46,160 bases of DNA from Octopus bimaculoides. Taxonomy: Eukaryota. Below, one piece after another: positions 23,230 through 35,368 of the stretch. Both the position numbers and the translations under genes were made by a program. The stretch lies in the NCBI RefSeq assembly GCF_001194135.2, contig NC_068982.1, positions 179,871,925-179,918,084 of the forward strand, read 5' to 3'. How positions within the stretch are numbered: the stretch's first letter is position 1; the number at the start of each line of letters is the position of its first letter. The notes below the pieces were generated by a model. It worked only from the letters and a program-made list of their open reading frames with translations. It had not been told where the DNA came from and did no database searches.

Positions 23230-23295
23230 CATTCCAAAGTAAGACATCATTAAAAACATGAAGATAGCACGCGCTCTTACGGTTTGAAAATGTAT
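23230..23295 (-). CDS. Candidate 66-nt coding exon
   Basis: CpG-retaining island in CpG-poor DNA, acceptor TTTAAAG and donor ATG|GTATCG. Phase 1 reads (D)TFSNRKSACYLHVFNDVLLWN(G); phase 0 is also open. Confidence 0.3.
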
Positions 23296-23319
23296 CTTTA
23301 AATTCTATATATATATATA

Positions 23320-23386
23320 TATGTGAATACTATGTGTATGTATTTTATACTTCTTTGTGTGTGTATATGTATACATCCATGCCTAG

Positions 23387-23417
<31 letters not shown>

Positions 23418-23846
23418 AACACATATATGTATATATACACACAAATACATAGATACATGTGTATGTATGTATATGTATATGTGCGTATATATATATATAT
23501 ATATATATATNNNNNNNNNNNNNNNNNNNNNNNNNNNNNNNNNNNNNNNNNNNNNNNNNNNNNNNNNNNNNNNNNNNNNNNNNNNNNNNNNNNNNNNNNN
23601 NNNNNNNNNNNNNNNNNNNNNNNNNNNNNNNNNNNNNNNNNNNNNNNNNNNNNNNNNNNNNNNNNNNNNNNNNNNNNNNNNNNNNNNNNNNNNNNNNNNN
23701 NNNNNNNNNNNNNNNNNNNNNNNNNNNNNNNNNNNNNNNNNNNNNNNNNNNNNNNNNNNNNNNNNTTATAGCAGTTAACTTACTTCCTTTCCAACTTTAC
23801 TCTTATGGACCTTGGTTTCTGAAACTAATTTCCATCACTAGATCTG

Positions 23847-23893
<47 letters not shown>

Positions 23894-23979
23894 GTCTGTC
23901 TGTCTGTCTATCTACCTACATGTGTGTCTGTTTGTCTGCCTGTCTCTCTGCCTGCCTACCTGCCTGCCTGCCTGTCTGC

Positions 23980-24021
<42 letters not shown>

Positions 24022-24150
24022 GTCTGTCTATCTCTCTATCTATCAGTCTATCTATTTGTCTATTTGTCTGTCTATCTCTCTATCTATCTGTCTATCTATT
24101 TGTCTGTCTGTTTGTCTATGTATCTATACATACATACATGCATATATATA
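23320..24150. repeat. (CA/TA)n and (TCTA/TCTG/CCTG)n microsatellites around a gap
   Basis: Visible. Confidence 0.95.
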
Positions 24151-24546
24151 TTAATAAATATATGGAATCCTCTGTGTTATGTGAGTAATGCATTCCTGAA
24201 AAATCTCACAGTAATGTGAAATAAATTTTACCATTGATTTTCATATTATAAAGTGATAATGCATTCCAACGAATATTTTCCAGAAAAAAAAAAGAAAAAG
24301 CAAGCAACACAACCACTTTTAAGCATGAACGTAACAATTTCTAAATATATACAGCACAATGTGTATGCATAAAAAAACATTTGAAGGGAAATCCATTAGG
24401 GAATAAGTAAGAATATAACATTGTAGCAGGGTATGTTCTTATCACAAAAGATGCTGACTACTGTCTTAGGAGTGATGCTGGAATGACAGATATTTAGATG
24501 ATAAGGGACAACTATTTGCTACCTTATTGTTCATTATTATGAACGT

Positions 24547-24784
24547 CTTCTTATTTCTTTATTGCCCACAAGGGGCTAAACATAGAGGAGACAGACAAGG
24601 ACAGACAAAGAAATTAAGTCGATTACATCGACCCCAGTGCGTAACTGGTACTTAATTTATCGACCCCGAAAGGATGAAAGGCAAAGTCAACCTCGGTGGA
24701 ATTTGAACTCAGAACGTAACGGCAGATGAAATACTGCTAACCATTTCACCTTGCGTGCCAACGTTTCTGCCAGCTCACCGCCTT
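24547..24784 (-). mobile_element. SINE family A variant, well preserved
   Basis: Reverse complement gives GGCGGTGAGCTGGCAGAAACGTTGGCACGC head, GAGTTCAAATTCC and the CCTTTCATCCTTTCGGGGTCGATAAATTAAGTACCAG core. Confidence 0.9.
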
Positions 24785-25524
24785 TATCAACGTCTTCTTG
24801 ACAGACGAAGGAATTATCCAAAATTGTTTGATATCTATGGTGCATCGTAGCTTTACACAGCTCAGTGGCATTCTTTTTACTGTTGCATGCCCTTCCTAAC
24901 ACCAAACTCTTTAGAGCATGTATTGAGTGCTTTTTGTTGTTGTGACATCAACACCAATGAAGCCATCATGCAGTTTGCAAGACTATGAGGGGCAATTTTA
25001 TCCTAGGTGATGAGGAGCAAAAGAATAGTAAAAGTATAAGAGAAGGAGCCAGAACATAATGGGTTTCTTGTTGTGGGTGAGCTACATGACTCACATTTTA
25101 GGAGAGATGGTAAGGCTGACAGAGTGCATCCTGCTACATTCTCATCTAAAGGGAGAGCTAATGTGCAATTTTAATGAAGGTGCATGGCTTAGTGGTTAGG
25201 GTGTTGCACTCATGACCATAGGATCATGGTTTCAATTCCCAGACTGGCCATGCATTGTGTTCTTGAACGAAACACTTCATTTCAAGTTGTGCCAGTCCTC
25301 TTAGTTGATTAGCATGCAGGGGTGAGATGGTGAATCAGGGAAAATTACCCAAATGATGATCTTGTGAACCACATTTTATATTCAGCAATTGAAAGGACGA
25401 AAGGACGAAAGGATGAATAATACAACCCTGACTGGTTGGGATTGGTTGTCTAATCACATCAAAAGATGATGATGATCATCGTCATTTTACGGACACAGAA
25501 AATCCTCCCTTTTAATACACATCA

Positions 25525-25958
25525 TAACCTTTTAGTATTCAAATCACTTTATTAAAGGTTATGCTTATTTATTCTCATTGTTTTGAATTAATCATGTATT
25601 ATGTTGTAGCTTCAAGATTTCAAATGATGCAATTGTTTACTTTTAGAATGACATTGTAGGGTAGGTGTGAGAGGCCAGATCTGGATGGTTTGAACTTAAA
25701 ACAGATAGAATATTTAGGTCAAATACAGCCAGTTTAACCCTTTAGCATTTAAACTGGTCGTATCCAGCCAAAATATTCTGTTTTTTCTTCAAATCAGCTA
25801 GATCTGGCCTCTCACACCTACCCTATAATGTCAGTCTAAAAGTAAAACAGTCACATCATCAAAATCTTAAAGCGATGAGATAACACATGATTAATTTAAA
25901 ACAATCTGAAAAAATAAGCATTACATTTAACAGAGAAATCTGAATGCTAAATGGTTAA
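25525..25958. mobile_element. Two head-to-head piggyBac-like MITEs forming a ~430-bp imperfect palindrome
   Basis: The right copy 25738-25954 has TTAA on both sides and TIRs CCCTTTAGCATT / AATGCTAAATGG (11/12). The left copy 25525-25737 is its reverse complement. Confidence 0.85.
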
Positions 25959-26485
25959 ACTCAGCTAATACCACTCCACTCACAACCACACACAGCCTCA
26001 CGCAATACTCTAATATCCATGACACCCATACAAGTTAACCAACCAAATATATTGGAATGTATGTGTTTTTGTGAAATGTAGATCTGGTGGAGTGTCAGTA
26101 GTGGATTCTGAACATTATAAAACAACGGTGAAACGTGGGCAGTAAAACTGTTGTTGACATTATAATGCCATGGTTTACTGTAAGTAGTGAAACAGTGGTA
26201 TTCAGAGACATTATAAAAACTGTTCACAACCAAACTAAATGTAAAACCACTTGAAATACAATCGTATGATTTTCTTATTTTCTCCATTCTGTCACATATT
26301 TTATTATCATACAACAAAAATTTTTTTTCGATTGAGCATGATATAATAGAATTGGCTGAGGGTTCTTGTGTAAGAAAGATGGTTAAAGCCTGCAGTGCTT
26401 ACCATATTGTAATTACCTATACCACATTACAATGGTCTGAGATTTGTTTTATAATTCAATAAATCTTGTACTACATTATAATTAC

Positions 26486-26575
26486 TTGCGACTTGTTCTG
26501 TAATTCAATAAATCTTGCGTAACTTTCCTTGTCCAACGACGATTCAATGTATTTAATACTGCCCTTAAGACAGTC
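26486..26575 (-). CDS. Candidate 90-nt exon
   Basis: TTTAG acceptor and CAA|GTAATT donor. Phase 0 reads DCLKGSIKYIESSLDKESYARFIELQNKSQ. CpG-retaining, but overlaps a 17-bp local duplication. Confidence 0.25.
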
Positions 26576-27429
26576 CTAAATATATGTTATATACAATATT
26601 TGCAGAGAAAAGTATGTAACAGTGAGATCTTATTAAATTCTTTGTTAAGGTGGCTAACAAAACCTGAATGTTATTCTATAGATTTTCCTTCTAAATACTT
26701 ATTCTGTATATTTCTTTTTACCTCCAGTTTTGCATCATGCCATAAGGTGTTGTTATAATATATTGGGGTAGTAGCATTTTAATTAGCAGCAAGACATCTA
26801 GCTTTCAGGAAAAGTGACGTTAACACAGTTTGTCATACGCATGACTTAAAAGAATTGGTTAAGGTTTCATAAATAAAAAACACCATTAAAACCTGCTGTG
26901 TTACATTTCCAGTACAAATAGCTTCTTTGATTTCAGTGATGTTAGACCAGCAACAATTACATGCCTAGCTTAAAACAATTGTCTAACACAGTAGCTCGCT
27001 CAAACAGTGGGGAACTATAAAAGTATTGTTCAATACATCTAATCGGACTATAATATTATTTTATGATTCACTTAATAAATAATATATCTAATGTGTTCAA
27101 AGTAATTTTGTGTGGAGAAATGTAATTTTCTAATTTAGCTTTCTCAAAGTATCTTCATTAATCAAGACACTGGCATCTTTCCCAAAACTTTAATAGAACA
27201 CATTGGTATTTCAATTTCTCTTTAGTCATCTTCCATTCAACATAGGAGCTAAAATAAAATCAAGTATGTAAATATTAGGAAGTTCTAGATATTCGTTATT
27301 ACAGATGTCTGACAGAGCAATAATCAGTATTTCAAAGGGAAAGTTTGTATGGGCTGAAAAATACCCCATTGAGAGCTCTGGTGTCAATATATTATAGCTG
27401 CATTTGGTTCCATTGCATAAATTATTACA

Positions 27430-28292
27430 ACTCTCATGCTACAGTTCTCAAATCCACAGCTATTAATTCCATGGCCCTTGAGAGATCAGTCCTCAATACT
27501 TCAACCACCGATACCACTAACTTCAACATTATAACCCTCAATGCTACATCCATCACTACAACAGCCCTTATGCAGTTTACTACTTCCATCACTATGCAGC
27601 TGCTCCAAGTGACACTCCCGCAGCTGCCCCTGGTGCCACTACCAAAGCTGCTTCCACCACCTCTGCTGTGGCTGCTTCTGCTACTTCCACAGCTGCTCTC
27701 CCCGCCTCTGCAGTTGATGCTTTTGCCATTGTCACAGCTGCTCTCACCACTTTTGCTGTGACTGCTTCTGCCATCACCACCTCTGCTGTGGCTGCCTCTT
27801 CCACTGTCACAACTACTCTCACCACCTCTGCTGTAGCTGCTTCTGCCACTTCCACAGCTGCTCTCACCTCCTCTGCTGTGACTGCTTCTGCCACTTCCAC
27901 AGCTGTTCTCACCTCCTCTGTTGTGGCCACTTCTGCCACTATCACAGCTGCTCTCACCTCCACTGCTGCAGCTGCTCCCACCACTGCTACCACAGCTACT
28001 CCCAATGTGGCTGCTCTTACCACTGCCATTGCCTCCACCAATGCTGTTCCTGCTGCCAGTGCTACTGCCACCACTGCTGCTCCAGTGTGCTACTACTGCC
28101 ACTGCCATTTTCATCACTGCTGCTACCATTGTTGTGGTTTGTCTGTCACTGTTTCCACTGTTGCTGCCACTGCTGCTGCTGCTGGTGACTCTACTATTGC
28201 AACTGCTGACATTGCTCCTACTACTCTCACCACTACTGCTGCCTCTGCTGGATCATATTCCATCAGTGCGGACCCCATAAGGGAAAAAAATG
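27430..28292 (+). repeat. Degenerate (GCT/ACC/ACT)n cryptic trinucleotide repeat; could encode an Ala/Thr/Ser-rich mucin-like segment
   Basis: Long ORFs on both strands with low-complexity translations and ~36-60-bp subrepeats such as ACCTCTGCTGTGGCTGCTTCTGC. Confidence 0.85.
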
Positions 28293-30308
28293 GTAAGAAC
28301 ACAAGCCTGTCAAAGTAGTAGAAAATAAAGGCATCACCATTCTTTAGGGCTTTAGTATACAAACTGAAAGATTATTTTGGACAACAAACCTAATATTGTG
28401 GTGAAAAATCACATTGACAAAGCACATTGACATGTTCATAAACATGTCAATCGCAGCAGACCTGTGAAAATGCTTAAAAAGGTAAGTGAATATAAGGTGT
28501 TTGAATTAGAGCTCTAAAAAAATATGGTGTCAAAGATTGACAACTGTACATGTGATCATTGGAACTTTGGAGATAATGCCAAATAGCACTCCTAAACACT
28601 ATGGCTAAATTCCAGGAGGCCAAAAGTATCAGAACTATAAAAAAATTGTTCTTACTGGTGCTGCCCACATTCTAAGAGAATCTGAATATTTTAATATCTC
28701 TCAAATTCACATATATTACAGCAAACTTTTAACAGATCTTAATTCCCAATATTTGAGTGCCTTTGCCAGCAACATATCATTGCTAATTATAAGTAACAAC
28801 TACAGTGAAGCATCCAACTTGCTGTTACATGAGATCTCTGTGTGAGACTTGGAAAAACTCATATAAGACAAAGCAACAATAACAAGAAGATATGATAATA
28901 ATAAGGTACATAATATTGTACAAGTTAACTATGGCATACATACAAAAGCATGCACAAACAGATAGATAGATAGATAGAGAGAGAGTGAGTAATTACCTTG
29001 TGAAGAGCAATCTTCACCATGTAAAACACAAATACAATTAAACCCTATCTTAGTTTATTTCGTGGAGTGTGAAAACTTTTGTTACACAACTGCAGCCAGG
29101 TCTGATTCTTATGTGCATAACTATAACTCACAATCCGTCAGTTATGACAATGAGTGTTCCAGTTGATCTGATCAACAGAACAGTTTGCTCATGAAATTAA
29201 TGTGCATATGTAGACTGGAGCCTGGTGTTGCCATCCGGTTTCACCAGTCCTCAGTCAAATCATCCAACCCATGCTAGCATGGAAAGCAGACGTTAAACGA
29301 TGATGATGATGATGATGTACATTATAATCCAGATACATGTCTGAAGTTGAATATTTCCAGTTTTTTTTTTATGATGTATGAATCTTTTGAGACCGTTTTT
29401 ATTGAAAGTTTGAAATGTGCAACTTGAGAAAAATACTATTTTTATATATTTTCTTGAAATTCTAAATTGATATGTAACACATAAAATATCATAGAAGCAA
29501 TTCTGAGAGAAATGTGTTATATCAGCAAGAGATCTAGAGAAGACACCATTTCTTATTCAGTTTAGTACTCTGATGGAAAGGTATCTGATTGCATTAATAT
29601 GTGGAAATGTAACATAGAGTTGACCTTGAAAGAAACACAAACTTGTCTGCTCAACTCCAGCAGCCATGAGAGATTTTCTGTGAGATTTGTGGATCCTTGC
29701 AGGGAAACTGAAGGTGCTTGAGCTGAAGTACCATATCTGATCAGATGAGGGGGAAATGTGCAGAAAGCAATCATCTTCTTCCTTGCCACAAATGGGCATA
29801 ATGCTTCATCTCATGAGGCACGCAGAGTTCTATTGTATTGAAATTTTGCAACAGAAAAAAATTTTGTAGCAAGATAATCAGTTCTTGTACATTCAGTTGC
29901 AAATTATAAAGAGGAACAGCGGTGGGCACCAGTGAATTAAGAATCTGTATTGGATAATTTGCAGCATTGTTAGCATCAGCTACAATGTGAACTGAGTTGT
30001 CTTGATTTGGCTGGCACCTGCTGAATGATGGTAGCATTAGTATTTTGTACAATGTCATTCTGAAAGCTAGGACAGTAATTTCAGAAAGTCACTCTATGAT
30101 TCTGTGAGAGGCTAGCTGCTTTGCCTTGTAAGTAATTTTAGGCATACCTGTTTGTGCACATTCATCATCATCATCATCATTGTTGTCATCGTCATTGTTT
30201 AACATCTGTCTTCCATGCTGACATGGGTTAGTCGGTTTGACAGGAGCTGGTTAGCCGGAGAGCTGCCTGGGTTCCAATTGTTTGTTTTGACATGGTTTCT
30301 ATGGATGG

Positions 30309-30309
<1 letters not shown>

Positions 30310-30372
<63 letters not shown>

Positions 30373-30415
30373 ATGTGTGCATGATCATGTGTGTGTGTGT
30401 GTGTGTGTTTGTGTG
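30310..30415. repeat. (GT)n microsatellite
   Basis: Visible. Confidence 0.97.
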
Positions 30416-30454
30416 TATGTGTTCATGTCTGTGTTTATTTTCACCACAGCTTGA

Positions 30455-30655
30455 CAACTGGTGTTGGTGCATTGACATCCCTGTAACTTAGTGGTTCAGC
30501 AAAAAGAGCCGATAGAATAAGCACCAGGCTTAACAAAGAAATTGAAAAAAAAAAAAATATGCACTGGGTTTCAATTCATTTGACCAAAAAATTCTTTAGG
30601 TCAGTGCCCTAGCATGGCCACAGTCTAGTCACTAAAAGACAGAAGTAAAAGATAA
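30455..30655 (+). mobile_element. 3' half of SINE family D, diverged
   Basis: Reverse complement of 31714-31935. Confidence 0.7.
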
Positions 30656-31390
30656 GAATTGAAAAGCAAAACATTTAACATGGACTACTTTATCTAATAT
30701 CATCTCCCCTTTTTTGAGACCGTAGGGCATAATTTGAAGGAGACTTGTAGCATTTGCATGACCAGATAGAAGTTACAATATTAGCTTGACTAACCAATGA
30801 TTTGCAGTAACACTGTTTGCATCTTCTCTAATAAACACCAAAGTGATTGAAAATATTTCAAGGCTTACAAGATTTACTTTGAAACACCAAAATCATAAAA
30901 TTTAAACAAGTTTTTCAATAATTTTCTCTATGGGCATATACAGATAAGAACCAAAATGTCTCCATGGCCTTATTCTCTCACTCATAACAGCAATATTAGG
31001 GTTCCTGCTAATTACTGTTTTATAGTTCACATTGTTACCATTCTTTATTGTACACTGTCCACTTCTTGTCCTCTGTACCTGTCACTCACTGCTTAAAGCT
31101 TACAAACTTCCGATGCTTGAATCCCATCCTTGAATCCATTACATTTCTTTTGCTTTTTTATTCATTTATTTGAATTGACTATGTCCACTCTACTGAGTGG
31201 TTGGTGTTAGGAAGGGCATCCAGCTGTAAAAATCCTGCCAAAACAGTCACAGAAGTCTGTTACAGGTTTCTGCCTGGCTGAACGATGTGAAACCATTCCA
31301 CCCATGCTAGCATGGAAGATGGTAGGTAGGTAGGTAGATAGATAAGAAAATAAGATGACAAAGAAATAAATGATTATCTTATGAACTTCA

Positions 31391-31476
31391 TTAGCTTACA
31401 GCTGTTTCTGCTATGAGATGCAGTGGACTCATAATTGAGTGCTTGAGTAACACCTTAAAGCTTCATCAGAGTCTTG
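31391..31476 (-). ncRNA. Type I hammerhead-like ribozyme, partly degenerate
   Basis: Minus strand: AGACT-CTGATGA-A-GCT..(long loop)..AGC-A-GAAA-CAGCTG-TA-AGCT. Helix III palindrome ACAGCTGT and UA cleavage site. Helix I 3/4 bp. Confidence 0.6.
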
Positions 31477-31584
31477 AATATGAAGTGCAGTTTATTTGGG
31501 AAAGGAATTACATTAGATAGATAGATAGATAGATAGATAGACCGACCAACATATCTGTCTGTCTGTCTGTCTGTCTGTCTATAT

Positions 31585-32254
31585 CAGTGGCTCTCAACCA
31601 TTCTTTTGCTCCTTATTTTACTCAGGTGGGCCCTCATAACTATTCAATGTTATGGTTTTATAATTAAAAATTATTAAGAATTGTATGAAATATTAAAATA
31701 TTTGGTGTATTGTTACTCTTTTACTCTTTTACTTGTTTCAGTCTTTTGACTGTGGCCATGCTGGAGCACCGCCTTCAGTCGAGCAAATCGACCCCAGGAC
31801 TTATTCTTTGGAAGCCTAGTACTTATTCTATCGGTCTCTNNNNNNNNNNNNNNNNNNNNNNNNNNNNNNNNNCTCTTTTGCCGAATCGCTAAGTTACGGG
31901 GACGTAAACACACCAGCATCGTTTGTCAAGCGATGTTGGGGGGGGGGGGACAAACACAGACATACAAACACACACACGCATATACATATATATGCCAGGC
32001 TTCTTTCAGTTTCCTTCTACCAAATCCACTCACAAGGCTTTAGTCAGCCCGAGGCTATAGTAGAAGACACTTGCCGAAGATGCCATGCAGTGGGACTGAA
32101 CCCAGAACCATGTGGTTGGTAAGCAAGCTACTTACCACACAGCCACTCCTGTGCCTGTTGTTGAAATATAACCAATTAATTTCTCATAAATTTTAACAAC
32201 AAAATCTAATATAGACCTTCCAAGGGCCATATGGATCCTGGTTGAGAACCACTG
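31585..32254. mobile_element. hAT-superfamily MITE with nested SINE
   Basis: TIRs CAGTGGCTCTCAAC / GTTGAGAACCACTG and an exact 8-bp TSD GTCTATAT at 31577-31584 and 32255-32262. Confidence 0.93.
31714..32150 (-). mobile_element. tRNA-derived SINE family D with internal microsatellite
   Basis: Minus-strand head AGGAGTGGCTGTGTGGTAAG..GGGTTCAGTCCC (boxes A and B) and (AAAAGAGT)n-like tail. Second copy at 36446-37891. Confidence 0.92.
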
Positions 32255-32318
32255 GTCTATATGAAAATGAACAAATTTATTCCACTTTGAAATCTCTTCA
32301 GATATTATTATTATTGTT

Positions 32319-32689
32319 ATTCTTAGTTCAAATTCCATTGAGGTCAACTTTGCCTTTCATCCTTTTGAGTTTGATAAAATAAGCACCATTTGAGTACTGA
32401 AGTTGATGTAGTCGACTTACCCCGTCTTCAGAAGTTGCTGGCCTTGTGCCAAAATTTGAAATCGTTATTATTATCATTAAGTGAGCTGGCAGAATTGTTA
32501 GCATGCCGGGCGAAATGCTTAGCGGTATTTCGTCTGCCTCTGTGTTCTGAGTTCAGATTCCACCGAGGTTGACTTTGTCTTTCATCCTTTTGGAGTCGAT
32601 TAAATAAGTACCAGTTATGCACTGGGATTGATATAATTGAGTTAATCCCTTACCACAAATCTGAGGCCTTGTACTTTCAGTAGAAAGAA

Positions 32690-32759
<70 letters not shown>

Positions 32760-33240
32760 CATCATCATCATTATTATTATTGTTAAGGCGGTGAGCTGGC
32801 AAAGTCATTCGCATGCTGGACGAAATGCTTAGTGCTATTTCATCCGTCCCTACGTTCTGAGTTCAAATTCCCCTGAGGTCGACTTTGCTTTTCATCCTTT
32901 TGAGGTTGATAAATTAAGTATCAGTGAAATTCCGGACTCAATGTAAACGATTAGTCCCCTCCCCCAAAGCTTTGGGCCTTGTGCCTATAATTGAAAGGAT
33001 TATTATTATTATTATTATTATTATCAAGGTGGTGAGCTGGCAGAATCATTAGCATGTCAGGTAAAATGCTTTGCAGCATTTTGTCTGTCCTCACGCTCTG
33101 AGCTCAAATTCTGCTAAGGTCAGCTTTGCTGTTCATTCTTTCAGGGTTGATAGATTATGTACCAGTCAAGTACTTGAGTCGATGTGATTGACTATCCCTG
33201 CTCCCCACAAATTTCAGGCCTTGTGCCCATAGTAGAAAAG

Positions 33241-33286
<46 letters not shown>

Positions 33287-33287
33287 T
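32319..33287 (+). mobile_element. Head-to-tail array of four family A SINEs separated by (ATT)n
   Basis: Copies at ~32319-32465 (5'-truncated), 32481-32690, 32787-32999 and 33028-33241. Confidence 0.93.
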
Positions 33288-34464
33288 GTTGTTTTATTTT
33301 CTTCTTTCTTCAAATTTTCTTCCATTTCTCGCCGAGTGTTTTCCGTACACCTAGGGCAGAGAAACTCATTGTATACATTCCCAGTTTACACACGCAAATT
33401 CACAGGTATTATTATTATTATTATTATTAATACTAGTAGTAGAAGTAGTGTGCCACAGAAAACTAGATCTTCAGAATTTGTCATGCCATTTCTGACTATA
33501 AACTCTTTTAATGCACTTCCTTTAACACCAGTTGGTCTTAGTTGAATGTTTTACTGTGAGAATACATAGAAATGGCATATGTGAAGAGTCAGCTATTTTA
33601 ATTGACCATCTGAAAGAGACATTACAAGATATTTTGCCGATAGAAAAATATTGTTTGAGGCAGGTTTGAATATTCTAGAAAATTGGAAATCTATTAAGCA
33701 GAAGTTTGACCAATAATAAGTTTTAGGCTGAGAGATATTAAGACACATTTGAGGCATAAAATCAGCAAGAGAGGTAGATGTAGTGCCAATATTTTATTAG
33801 AATTCCGTTTCTTAACTATTACGATAATATATATTCTACATATCCTGCTGCCATTTGTAAAATTGAAAAGTTTAACATTAAAAGTCTTAGACATCAGTTA
33901 GCAGTATCAAGTTCAGAAATAAGATAGATATGGTATAAACCAGTTTTGTTCAAAGATCCAGTGAGTAATAATACTCTTTAGAGTTTTTCCCTTGCAGCAG
34001 TGTAATTTCAAACCATTTCTGCACATTTCAACTACAACTTAGCCAATGCTATCTCATATATCAATAATATGTGAAGTTTACCTTCAAAGGAAATGCTAGC
34101 TAATATATTTGAAATAAACAAAACAAAACAAAAGAAAAAGGAAAACAAGTAATATAGCAAATACAGGAATAGAAGTAAGATTATTTCAATGGATGAGAGA
34201 AGAAAAAGGCAAAAAAAAAAAAAAAAATTTGGATGGTTCTGGAATAGAAGTTAATTTTGGTAGAACAGAAATGCTGGCAGTGGTGATTTATGGGGAAGGC
34301 TACAGTTTGCAATACTGTCATGGATATAATGAAAATACAGGGAAGGTCTGTTTGTGGATAAACATTTACAACACACACACATATATATATACATACATAT
34401 ATTGTGGCATATCAATTATAGCAAAAATAGTTGGAATATATATATGTAATGTTATTATTGATAT

Positions 34465-34545
34465 AGTCTGAAGCAGCGTTTCTCAATTGGGGTTTCCCAG
34501 AACCCTAAGGTTCCACAAAAGGTTCCTAGGGGTTCCGTGAGAAAG
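34465..34545. mobile_element. One end of a hAT-like MITE
   Basis: CAGCGTTTCTCAATTGGGGTTTCC resembles the TIR at 31585. No partner end seen (a gap follows). Confidence 0.45.
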
Positions 34546-34716
34546 AGTGAGATAAGCAAATGCTAATTTCATAATCGTAATATTACTACACATGCACAAC
34601 ATGTTATTGGTTATTGTAATATTGTAATATAGACATCATCCTATCTAACCTATCATATTATCAAAAAAATATAACACCATTGGGGATGTACTTAGTGATG
34701 TCTGTAATTTATGGAC

Positions 34717-34751
<35 letters not shown>

Positions 34752-34995
34752 NNNNNNNNNNNNNNNNNNNNNNNNNNNNNNNNNNNNNNNNNNNNNNNNN
34801 NNNNNNNNNNNNNNNNNNNNNNNNNNNNNNNNNNNNNNNNNNNNNNNNNNNNNNNNNNNNNNNNNNNNNNNNNNNNNNNNNNNNNNNNNNNNNNNNNNNN
34901 NNNNNNNNNNNNNNNNNNNNNNNNNNNNNNNNNNNTATATATATAAATATATATATATATAAAATCAAAATAAGCAACAAGGATATCTAGAGGTA

Positions 34996-35083
34996 ATGCA
35001 GTACGATCGTTTCAAGCAACTCCATTTAATTGAACAATGCAATCATTACATCAATTTAAATGCAGAGCAATCCTCAGCTGCAT
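34996..35083 (-). ncRNA. Type I hammerhead ribozyme, near-intact
   Basis: Minus strand: ATGCAG-CTGAGGA-[stem II with CATTT/AAATG and AATTGA/TCAATT]-GAAA-CGATCG-TA-CTGCAT. Perfect 6-bp helix I and palindromic helix III. The base of stem II is imperfect. Confidence 0.75.
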
Positions 35084-35280
35084 AAAGACATAGAATTTAA
35101 TTAGATTAAAACAGATGGACACATTAGTATAATTTTACCAAAAAATCTCCAAGAAGGTAAGGAGATAGACAAAGAACATACTGCCTTCACTTTAGTTTAG
35201 TCCCTTACCTTCTTGGAGATTTTAGGTAAAATTATACTAATGTGTCCATCTGTTTTAATTTAATTAAATTCTATGTCTTT

Positions 35281-35368
35281 ATGAAGCTGAGGATTGCTCT
35301 GCATTTAAACTGATGCAATGACTGCTTTGTTCAATTAAATGAAGTTGCTTGAAACGATCATACTGCAT
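35281..35368 (+). ncRNA. Second, damaged hammerhead copy
   Basis: ATGAAG-CTGAGGA..GAAA-CGATCA-TA-CTGCAT. One helix I mismatch and G to A in helix III. Confidence 0.6.

Noticed and set aside
27434-28129. Minus-strand Gly/Ser-rich and Ala/Val/Glu-rich ORFs
   Set aside because: Antisense readings of the same trinucleotide repeat, with no splice support.
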